Shown here: positions 47,119-59,100 of the stretch, in pieces
How the letters are laid out: the number at the start of each line of letters is the position of its first letter
How positions within the stretch are numbered: the stretch's first letter is position 1
Virus record (IMG/VR): IMGVR_UViG_3300042480_000533
Length of the DNA stretch: 64,000 nt
Direction: 5' to 3' (one strand)
Origin: an uncultured virus (IMG/VR IMGVR_UViG_3300042480_000533)
Taxonomy: Duplodnaviria > Heunggongvirae > Uroviricota > Caudoviricetes
Translations under genes and position numbers: made by a program
The notes under the pieces: generated by a model
What the model saw: the letters and a program-made list of their open reading frames with translations, nothing else
What the model was told of the DNA's origin: nothing
Database searches by the model: none

Positions 47119-50100
47119 ATGGCCTGTACCATCGAACAAAAGAAAGCTATTTATGAACAGTTACTCCGTAATGGCTATGCCAAGGAAGACGCGGATGCTG
47201 TTATTACTTTGATCACGGAAAGAGATTCCGATCCAACATTCAGCAATAAAATTGATGACCTTGTAACAGACTTTCTTACAGACGAAGACAAAGCTTTCCT
47301 GAGAGAAACAGTTGACGAACTAACTAGCAACATCTCCAAGGTAATTGAGGGTGGTTTTGTATACACCTTTAAAGACTTGATTTCACGAATGCTACCAGCA
47401 GAAAAAGCCGACAGACTTGCTACCCTTTTGTCAAAGATCAGAATTGCAGAGGGTGATGTTAACCTGTTTAGCCTGTCTCAGATCGAAAACATCGACCAGT
47501 TGATTACAATGAACAGAAACCTTGGTAGAGAAGAAGTCTTGCCAGGTTTGTATGAAAAAAGAAACAAAATCCAGGAAAAACTGGATAGAGAAAGGGTTTA
47601 TGATGGGGTTAAAGATGGAGAGAAAAAGCAGAAAAGAGACAGTGCCCTCAATAAGCTTAACCAACTTAAGCAAATCCTTACTTACATCGAATATACAATC
47701 AATGTGGCTACACCCAAGGATGTTAGAGCAAAGCTTCGTTCATATGCCATGATCAAAGCAAATATTAAAAACCTTGAAAATACCATTAAAGCAAGCAAGA
47801 AACTGCTAAATAGGTTTAAAGAGGGTGTAAAAGGAACCAAGGAAAGGAAAGCAGAGATCAAAGAACTTGAAAAACAACTAACCGAAGCAAGAGCCTCGGA
47901 AAAAGCGTTACTTCAGGAGTTGATTGATGAAAAGGTTGTAGAGCTGGGTGGTAAAGACTCAATTAAAATCAGGTCTGTTGCCTTGGCTAGAGACCAGGTT
48001 ACAGCAGCAATTGAAAAAGAAGCGGCCAAACTGGAGAGTTTGGACTCTGCTGAAATCTCAGAACTAACCGTTGCATCCGCAACAACCCTTGCTAATCAAC
48101 TAGCACAGGAAAGACTGGCTGCAAAAAACATCAAGAACACCGTTGAGCGCATGAACAACTTGGTTGATTTCTTTGAAGCGGAATCCGTCAAAAACGGTGG
48201 TGCTGAAAACGAAATCGACCACCTTTTGATGCATAATATGGTTGGTAAGCCAATCGTAGAGTATTACCTCCGTCGTCGTGAAAAAAGAGAAGCAGACGAT
48301 AAGGAAGCAAAGCCCATCGATAGAACCTTGTTTACCAAAGAACAAGCCAAGGAAATTATCAAGGAGTGGGAAAGAATCGCTTGGCGTGGTGTCGAAAGCG
48401 GTACCTTTGCTGACAATGTCACAACGGTAATGGACTCAGAGTTAAATCTCCTAGAGGCCATTATTACGCAGAACGGAGTGGCTAACCCTCTTGAAACAGA
48501 CATCAATAACCTTGTTGTCAAGCAGGACAGGACTGGTTCTGAGGCTTTGCTAAACACCAACATTGGTGTAATCCCAGATGAAAACAAAGCGTCTACCGCC
48601 CGTCAGTTGTCCAGCTGGCTAGAGTACACCATTAGAGGTCTATACAGCCTACGAGCAAGCCCCTACTATAATGGAACCATTTCTAGCAAGGCCGTAGATA
48701 TGGTGCTCCACCCTAGGTTGTATGACTTGTCTATCAATTCAGATGACCTTGGTCTTGTCAGCAAGCGAAAGAGAAAGCTAGGAGAAGCTGGTAAAACTTT
48801 GTATGTATCGAAGCTCCAGGATACCCTGAAGGATCTTGGTATTGCAAACCCAGAAACACTACCTGAGTTTCAACCTGACTTTGACAACAGAATGGATGCT
48901 GTTTCCTATGACATTGAAACAGATCTTACAGACAAAACAACAGGAAACCCATCTAAGATTCTGTCTATGCAAGTCAGGGTTCAAGACAAGTCAAACGCTA
49001 AAGAGCCAGTAACCTTTATTTTCTCAAACACCGATGATTCGGGTATTCCAACAAATTCCAAAGATCTCCCAACTGGAACAAGAAAACCACTGAATAAGCA
49101 ACAGATTGAATATGTCTTGAACTTCCTTGAAGGGTATCAGAATAACGGTTTTAAGTTAGTAACCTTTGCTGGTAATCATTTTGACTTAGGTAAATTGGTT
49201 AACTTTGTAGACAACAAAAACCTAGTGTCAAGAGTAGCCCTAAGAAGTTATGACCTTCAAAGAAACCTTGGATTTGACAATACTGAACGGGAAAAGGGCG
49301 GTGCATATTACACCAGCAACCCAAAGAATGCAAACCTAAAGTCACTGGCCCAGAACAACCTACCACCAATAAGGGAGATTTCCCCTGACGGTAGATATGT
49401 AATCACAAATGGGGCTGTTCTCAGAATGTCGGATGACAAGAAAACCGAAACCGAGGTTACAGGGGCAGAAGCCGAAGCAAACTTTAACCTGGCAAACGCA
49501 GATGGCGACTGGGCTTTGTTTGACTTGTATGCTGAAAACGATGTCGTTATCACGCTAGGGTTGTTCAACCATTTCATGGGGTCTCAAAAGACTATTGTCA
49601 CGGTTAAGGACAAAAGGGATTCATCCAAAGACTATACAATTGTAACCAGTAGACCAAGATCAAACATGATGCTGCCAATCAACAGCAGTAACATTCACTC
49701 AACTACCTTGGGTGAGATCATGGCTCCTTTTGGAAACACATCAAGCAATCTAAAGAATTTTGTCCTAAATGTAGAGTACACCGAAGAGCTTGACATCAAC
49801 CTAGACAAGCTTATTTCGTTGGTCGAGGGCTGGTACATGCAAGCCTTGGCTATGGATCCAGAATCAAAAGATAGGGTAAACGAATTACAAAAAGCCCTTA
49901 CCGAAGCTGTGAATGTAGATACCATTGTTCAGCAAACTGGTAGAAACATTGCACGGCGTATGGCTGATGCAGTTAAGAAGTCAGCCAAGGAAAACTTTGA
50001 TACCTTTGGTTATGTATTGTCTTTACGCCTTCGTGGTGATGGCACCATTGCCATGGATGTTGCAGAAACAAAGCCTGGTGTATTTGAAATCAACGAAGCA

Positions 50101-53100
50101 GAAATGTATAACGGTGGCAGCAAAGATGAATACATCGAAACCATTGCCATCAGCTTTGTGGACGCCTTGTCAACCAGCCGTCAACTGGATACGGTATTTA
50201 CCGAGTTTGCCGAAAGTTTTGGTATTCCTCCAGTTGGTGAAACTGAATCACCGCAAAGATATGTCAGAGAAAATCTAGTTCAGGTTCTTAAGAATTACAT
50301 TTCAATTGACAGCCTTTCTGATTTTGGAGACGGAACAATCGACTGGCACCCAGCTACCGATGTAGGCAGAGCACTAGCCCATGTCTTTACAGACCGCAAA
50401 GAAGGTATGTCACTTGTTGATACCCAGTCTTTGATGAATACTGAAAAACTCAGCAAGAGAAACTTTATCTCCAAGGAAGCCACCAATAGAGGTGTACCTA
50501 GGTACTTCTTGCTAGATGGAGCAAACTTTGCGTCTCCATGGGGCATCACAGAAGAAGCCTTGATTTACGACAACTTTAGATTGTTGACCAGAGTCAAGGA
50601 TATTATGGAGCGAGATCTTACTGACAAAGAGATTGACGAGATCATGAAATGGGCGGAGACCGCAGAAGATACAGACCCCAATGTATCTTTGTCTGTATTC
50701 CGAAGAGGGTCAGTACCAGGTGTATTCCCCAAGGTTACATCAAGAGGCCCATACGATTTCTTGCCAGACCTGTCTGAAAGAGAACTACTTGGCCAGGAGT
50801 TTTTGTTTGACATCCCAAGAGCCATGATGTTTATCAACCACGATGCTTTCTATACACCCCTTGCTCAGAAAGGTAGATGGCTAACCAAGGGTTCTGTTTA
50901 CTACGCAGAAGACTTCTTTACAGCTGGTGCACCTACCGCCAAGATGATTTTGTCAGGCGCTGTTGACCATACTGCTTGGCTTGTTTCATTTGACATGCTT
51001 GACCCAAACAACAAGCACCTACGAAAGCTGCTGCAAAAGGCGTTGTCTGACGGATATGACGCAATTGTTGCTGACCCTACCGTACAAGACATGGGTAACA
51101 AAAGTGACTACTCATATCACGGGGTCCATGTCCAGCTAATGTTGGCGTTGGCCTATCAGAAACAAAACCTATCGGTCTTCAATGACTTTATCGCACAGTT
51201 CCTTAATAGCGTAGACACAGCAAACGAACCAAATGTAAGAAGAAACCTACAGGAATTCAAGGAAAAGAACGACCCCAGAGAAAAACTAAATGATTATTTG
51301 ATCACCTTGCTAGAGCAAGCCAAGAAAGATGGCGAAAGTTTTAAGGCAGCTTTTAAGATTTCTGAAGAAGAGCTTGTTACTTTTGTTCAACTAGGAGAAT
51401 TCCTTGGTATTGATAGACCAGAAAGAAAAGAATTCCTAAAGGGAATCATCACCCCTGCTATGTACGATGCTGGTTTTGATGGCATCTTTGAAGGTATCTT
51501 GGATAAAATCGACAAGGAAGGAATGGACCTAGGGTTAAACCACGCCAGTATTGCAGCCAAGATTGTGCTAAGAGAAGCCATGAAACAAAATGCCACTTAC
51601 GTCGAAAAGGCAATTGGTATTATGTCCAAAGCTAAAGATGGACAATTCACCAAAGATATGGTCATAAAAGCCATTATGGACATGTCTTCTGAGTTGGATA
51701 ACGAAAAGATCAAAGAATCTTTTGATAAAAACAAGTTTGGAGAAAAAGACACAAAGACAAGACTTGACGCAGCTGAAAAATACTTAAATGCTTTTGTAAA
51801 CATGCTAGCCCAAAAGGGCACAAGCGTTGCTGGTCTAAATGACAAGCAAAGAGATGATGCGATTAACGCTTCAAAAGAAAAGCTAAGAAAAGTATATCAA
51901 GAAAGAATCAACAAAGCTGCGGCAATCATGGCCAAACATGACATGTCAAACCCAGGTATCCGAAGCGATCCCAAGATTCAAGACGAAATCAACATCGCTT
52001 TAATGGGTGACAAGAAAGCCTATGAGACGCATCTTATGTTGTTTACACTTGCAAAAAGAGCAGCCACTCCATTCAAGATGTTTACGGATGCGGAAACAGT
52101 AGCCATGCACTCTGCGTTGGCGGGGCAGTACATTGACGAATCAGACATCATGCCATTTGTCGGCAAGACATTGTTCCACGCAATGGGTTCTGAACTAGCC
52201 AGCGGACGACACCACATGTTTGGTAGTTATGACTTTGGTCCACAGGGTCCAAAGGAAGCCCAAATCAGGGTATTGCATGGCAAGGAAAAGAACAAGTACG
52301 GTATCTGGGATATCAACGAAGTGTATGAAAGCAAGGAACGCGAACAAGCATATCGCAAGGCATACGCAATGCAGATCATGCTAGACCTTGTTCCTAACTA
52401 TTACCACCCAGGATATGACCCAGACAAAGAAAGCATGGAAAACTACTTTGACGCAATGAAAAAGCGATCAAACCTAGAACGCCTTGCTCAGGTCAATGCA
52501 ATTAGAACCCTTGAACAAGCAAACTCAGTATCCCCCAATGATCCCGAATATGAGAATATCCAAGAAACCGCCAAGAAACTAAGAAAGAGTGGCTTTGAGG
52601 AAAGATTGACTTGGGTTCGTAATAGCTATGGAAGGGATAACAAAAACCCTGTTGTACTTGATCCAACCGTGTCTGGGTTGGCTGCACTACGGCCACGGTA
52701 CGCCAACATGGATTATACCCAGCGTGGCATGTATGCCTTGATTGAGGTAATGAAGAGTCGTGAAATTCGACAGAATGAGATGTTCCAAAAGAAGAAACTA
52801 TTGACGGCAGCTCCCCAGGATGGAGACCCAAACTCAATCATTCCATCTAGGTTCCGTGGATTTGAAAAGACAACCGATAAAAAGAACCTACCTTATATTC
52901 CACATCAAACTGGAAACATGGTCACTAGTCTTGTTATGTCACCTAATCGGGAAACAGAACTAGAGGCAATCAAGCTCAGAAACAGCCTGACATACTTTGC
53001 CACGCAAAACGGTCTTGAGTCGTTGCTGGAAAACAAGGAATGGACTAGGTTGTGGATGATCAGGGAATGGAGGCGGCAAGGCTTGGAGAAGTCGGTCAAT

Positions 53101-56100
53101 GTTATGAAGGACCAGATTAACAACGGCATCTTGGATATGTTCCCATCCCGTATTGCCATGTATGAATCTGTCTTTAAGCTTATGGGTACCAATGCAAGAG
53201 CATACAGCCCAGGACAAACCTACAGCGTGTTGGACCTTATGGCAAAGCCAGAAGAAATCCGATTCACAACCAAAGAGATGGATGAACTAAGGAAAAACTT
53301 CCCTGATGGTCTTCGCTACATGGATTTGCTCAGGCATCTATCAACCAGATTTGACCGTCTAGAAGGACTAAAGCCAGAATTCCCACTAGTGCTGGAACCA
53401 GGACTTATTGTTCGTGGAGAACAAGGGCTAATCAAGGGAACACCCACATACAAAGCCCTAAGCGTATTTAACATCGAAACCAACAACAATACAGTCATGA
53501 TGCTCATGATGAGCGACTTGTTTGAAAAAGAAGCGCAGGAAGTCTATAGGTCCGATCCTGACTTTGACAAGTTCCCAAGAGACTCCGCTGGAAATCTTGT
53601 GCTGTCTATGCTTCCTGCTGACAAACTAAAGTCAGAAGAAATTCTTGACAGAGTCCTGAAGAAAGCTCCGCAACTTGCTGCCGAGCTTGGTACTCAAAAG
53701 GGTGTTTATTTTGTTCTTCACAAAGAACACCTAGACGGTATGGGCAAAATAGCCAAAGAACTTGTCACACCAGGACAAAGCTTGTTGGACATCAAAACTA
53801 AACTAACAAACATGGTTCATGTCTTTAGTCAGGTAAACAACCCAGACACTTTGTGGTACTTTACACCAGACATGGTAATTCAGTTCCTCAATTCACTCAG
53901 GAATAATCCAGTTATTTCTGCGGCTGAGCTAAGCTGGCAAACACACAAGACAGTCGGTTTTGCAAATACAGAAACAGATATCCTTGTCTTGGAACAGCAA
54001 AAACAATTGATGGATAATGTCGGTCGTAGCGTAGACCTTACCCACCAAGCGTTGGTATTGCTTCATACCGTAGACCCATCAAGCAACGAGAATGCTTTGC
54101 TGTATAGAAACAACTACAGAAGAAAAGACGCATTCGGCAAACCATCTGCAACCCTAGATGCAACCATGTACCTAGGAAAGACATTTGACATGGAAGTAAC
54201 CGTGGGTGGTAAATCACGCATGATGAAGAATGTACCTCTTGAAACCGCCGTGTATGCTACGGACATCTTGGCAGCAATGTCAAAAGCAAGAAAACTTGGT
54301 ATGGACAAAGAAGCCGACGAGCTTGGTGAGTTCCTGCTGGCCGAGATGCAAAACTCAAGTGTAAAGATCGAAACAAACAAGGCACTAAGGATCAACAACA
54401 CCCAGCATATTGTCATCAAGGCTGCTGTTCTTAAGTCAAGACTAGAGGGTATAAAAAGCAATAGAGTAGAAGGTGTCAAAGACACAATTATGTCTACCCT
54501 ACAGACGGAGATTACCCAAGAAGCTGCGAACAAGGTATACAAAGCCGCAACCAGAGTATCTCGGCTTTTGCAGAAGATTGCAGATGCCGTACCTGGTGAA
54601 AACCAGCAAATGACATATGTAGCCCACGCTTTGTTGTCAAAGATGGAAAACACAGAAGACGGAATCGAAGACAACACCGAGATTCAAAACAAGATCCTGG
54701 ATGCTGTCGGAGTGGACAAAACAGACAAAGAAAGAAGCAAGGCGGTCAGGGCAATCATTAATGCACGGCAAGACCTTACTACCGTACCAGAAGACAGACC
54801 CTTTACCCACCTACCGTGGGATGCCCGAAAGGATGTTGCAAAGTTTGCTGACCGTGATGAGTTTATCAACGCCTTTGGGGATGCTGGTCGTGGCATCGTA
54901 GCTCAGTTGGATGGCATGGTAGCCATGAAACTAATGTCTCGTCGTGTTGCCGATATGAAGATGATCCTCATTGGTTCCTTGGCATCAATCAACCCAAACA
55001 TCCTGTCAGATCTTGCACTAGAGGCAATGGAGTTTGATGGCCACACCTATGCCAAGATGGCTAAGCTTAAGGGCAAATACACCATTGGTCTAAACATCAA
55101 GGCCATGGAAACAACACCAGAAAACGAAATGTTGCTTAAGTTTGCGGAAGAACTTGTTCACCTTGCCCGAGTCAAGTACATGGCCGAAGGTTCCAACGAA
55201 TACAGAAAGATCCAAGCAATCTTTAGAACACCTAACTCGGAAGAAATGATCCGAGAGATGTTGTTTGCCATGAACAGGGACAAGCCATATGCTGCTATCG
55301 AAGCAGATGTTCGGTATGCCATGGAACACACGGACGAGTTCTTGGCTCACTGGGGAGCTGTCGTGTTGCTGGCCGAAACAGTCTACAGCGAGGAAACGAT
55401 GTCTGCTCTTGAAGCAAAGTATACCCCAGTAGAAATGCTTAATACATGGTACAAGAAAGCGTTCTTTAGGATTAAGAGCATTGCCGTCCGAAGTTTGAAA
55501 ATGGTAAGCCAAATCGCAGTTGATCCGAAATACGCCGCTAATTTCAACGAAATGTACAATGTAATGCAGGGAATAATCGGCCAAGGTATGGCAACCCGAG
55601 TAGACGCTGGAAACCCAGACACGGCATTTAACGCCGTCAAGTCAATTAGACCCAACTCTACAGAAGTAACACCAAGCATGGTGACAGACCTTCAGCGGCT
55701 CAGCATTGAGTTAAGAAATCTTAATAACAATATAGCAAAGAAAATCCCGTTGTCTCCCACTGAAAAAATGCGTCTAATTGAAATTGAAGACATCACCAAT
55801 AACAAGGAAATGAATCCACACGGTATTCTTGATATGACTGAGTTTGATGTCATTCGAGAAATGGAGAATGTAAACAGAGCGGAAGACGGTGCTATTGTCA
55901 GGCTAGAAACCCAGCCGCTGACCGAGCGAGCCGTTTTACAACGGGGTCTTACAAACCACCTTGCAGCCAGAGGATCACGTATTGACCAGAACGAAACCTT
56001 TGGTGGCTTGTTTAGAAACATTGCAAGTTCTTTAGGGTTGGATGACTTTGTAAGTTTGACAATCCAGAACAAACTGCTTGCTTCCATTAACGACAGCCAG

Positions 56101-59100
56101 CTAACCTACAACTCACCCGAAGGCATTTTGGTACTGATTTCCGAAATGATTGACAACACAACCGTAACTACCGAGTCAAGCTACAGACCATCCAGCATTG
56201 GTGGTGGGTTTGAGTTTAACAAGGAAGGTCTCAAGGGATATGTAGGGGATATCTGGAATGTAGCCACAGGTATCGACAGCAAGTACAAGTCAACCGTAAA
56301 AAAGGAAGAAGTATCAAACAATACAGCCCTAATTTTAAACAGCCTACCAACTACAACTACTGATTTAGAGATCAGGCGGGATGCGGAGCGTCTTGCTGAA
56401 AAGATCAAGTTGTTTAACGGTCAGTTGAGGAGTTTGTTGGTAAAGTCGAGAATCAAGGACAGGGGAGACAACTTAGATCCAATTGGCCTTAAGACGAGAA
56501 GATCTACAAAGCTAAACAGGGAAGACAAGGATCGTGGTCGTAAGGCAGTTGTAAACGCTATGCGTACCAAGTACACAAACAACCTAACGACCAACGGTGT
56601 TGATGCCGTTGTAAACCCCTTTATGTTGTTTATGAGCGGTAATATGCTTGACCCAAGCATGGACACCATCGGTGTGTCTTCGTCTGAGTTTGCTACAGAT
56701 CTTCGTAAGTTTACCGATAACCCAAACGATACGGCAGACAACGCAAGAGAAGCCATGGCCAAGCAGATCGTCAATGATGCACTAAGCATCAAGCTCGGTA
56801 GAGAAAAGAACTATAATGCAAGCACGACATTGGATGATGTCAAAAACAGCGCCCGCATAAATCCTGGTTATCTCAATGAAGATGTAATTGAAGCTACTAG
56901 AAGATTCATTATCAGAACAAGAGAAAACACCCAACGATTCAGCACGGCTTTCAAGCACCTAAGTAAGCCTGAGATTGAATTGATTGTCAAATCGGTCATT
57001 GAAACCGTATCCCAGACAAGACCAGATTCTTTGACAGCCGAGAAGATCAGGCAAATCCTGGACAACCGCGAGTCATTCGGGTATTACCAAGGTTTATCTC
57101 CTTACATTCCAGAAAGCCATGTCACGGCTACCCCAATGGACATTCTTACCGACCAGTTCCTAGGTAAACTAGGAGCAACCGCATACTTGTTCTCAGAGGG
57201 TGGTCCAGACCTAACCTATAAGGACATCTTCCTAGATCCCGTAAAGCCAAGTGAAAGCGGCATCCTACAGGTAATGTTTGAAAAAGACCTGTCCAACATT
57301 CAGCAAAGCTTGATGCGTGGTCAAGGGTATGACGCTATTCAGAGAATTGTTGTCCAAAAGACAATGGGAATCGAAGGAGCATACTTCAGTATTTCTCAGT
57401 TGATTGATATGTTTAAACGACAAATCTCAATGGAATCAAGTGCCGAAGCCAAGCGCATGGGTGTCAGAAACTTTGACAACAGAGGAGATGACGAAACAAG
57501 AGCAACCATAATTATGCGTGGCCTAGAAAGACTAGACGCGGCCAACCAAAAAGCCAAGGAAACATTGGGTACACGGCTAGAAGGCAAGCCTCTTATTGAT
57601 TTCTTAAATAAGTATGGACCAATGGCAACAACCCTTACTTACGGGCCAAATGCCGCATTGGCTACATCGTTGGTAGAAGGAACCATGTCCACGGTCAATG
57701 AGCTAATGCGGGGTCACAATCCGTTTACATTCTTGATCGAAGCAATTAGGATGAATGTCGAGACATCTGTTGGAACTGCATCCAGAGTCGTGTCAAGAAG
57801 AGATGGTCGTTTCTCATGGTTTAATGTAGACCCGTATGTTCTCAGTAAGGTAGCCGAGAATGCTTTGTGGATGTTTGAGGAAACCACATCTCCCATGATT
57901 CCAGGCCAGTTGGTCAGCAACGCGCTGTCTACGGCAGAGATTGAAGACATGTCCAGATGGGACAGATTCCTAGCGTTTTCCAGAAGGTCATACTCAGATC
58001 CAATGAGATCCCTAAGGGTTGCGGCTGAGAACCAAGCCAACAGAGGTATCTACCAAAGACTGCATGACGGCAGTCTCCTTAGATTGCGGGACAGCGTTAA
58101 CAAGATCCTAAGAGACAACCCATCCCCAAGCAATCAGGTATACCGAGAGGTAGCCAGAGATGCTGGTGTAAGGATGGATGTCGAGTTGATGGCAATCTAT
58201 GTACGGTCTGGCATCTTTGAGCCAGGTGTCATAGAAACCCTGAACTACGCCAGATCCAGTGCTCCACCAGAAACAGGCAAGATTCTATTCAGCGTCATGG
58301 CAGACCTAGAAGCAGCCCTGCCACCTGGCGGCGTGATCTACGATGGTGTTGTAATCACACCAGAAAGAATGCTGGCGGCAAGAACGACTTTGGCATCCTT
58401 GAGCAGACAGTATGCTGGACTCAGCATTGTCATGGATCACCCATTGGATGGTACGGCGGCAGCTTCGGCTACCAGTGTTGTCATAACATTCTTCAAGTCA
58501 TATCCAGCATTGTTCATGGCTCAGCATGTAATGCGTCAAGGTACGATTACCCCCATGCTTCGGCATGGTGCCAGGTTGTTGCTGCACGGTATGCTAGACA
58601 TGATTTACAACATCCTGCTGGCCTTGTCAAGCGGTTGGTACAAATGGGAAAAGTTGATGGACCATCTTGAAAAAGGAACCATCAGCAAAGCAGAAGCAAC
58701 AAAGCTGTTCCTAAGGCACCCAGTCTTTAGTATGAACATTCTTGGTATTGTTACACAAAGTCTTAGTAAGCTTGCGCTTCCTTCTGGCAGAGACAACAGC
58801 ATGATTAGTTCAGTAGGCGAAGTAGCCTTGGCTCAACAGGTAAGCAATATATTCAAAGCAGCTGAGTCATGGTACTACTATGCGTATGACAAGGTACCAG
58901 CCGAAAGCGCAGCAGCGTCTACCTATTCGGCATTGCGGGGTGCGTTGTCGTTTATTCCAGGCAACACCATGGTTCGCCTTACCCTGCAACAAGCATTTGG
59001 TCAGGCAGGAACCACAGGAACCGCAGGAACAGCCTCGGCAAAGACAATGAGGTATATTGACAGACTGACAGATGAACGGCCAGTTCTTGAGGCAGTACGC

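Noticed and set aside
51100..51470. Reading the giant protein's polymerase motifs as a second DNA Pol A
   Set aside because: DYS resembles Pol A motif A and an exo domain precedes it, but DxSxxG and the F..xG....K.IL segment fit RNAP better, and ELR, TGR-PNLQN and HDE are absent. Not fully excluded without a structure.
52381..52460. PNYYHPGYD...YFDAM as RNAP motif C
   Set aside because: It resembles PNFVHSQD, but the following Asp is too close; GIWD at D1731 fits the spacing better. Kept only as an alternative.
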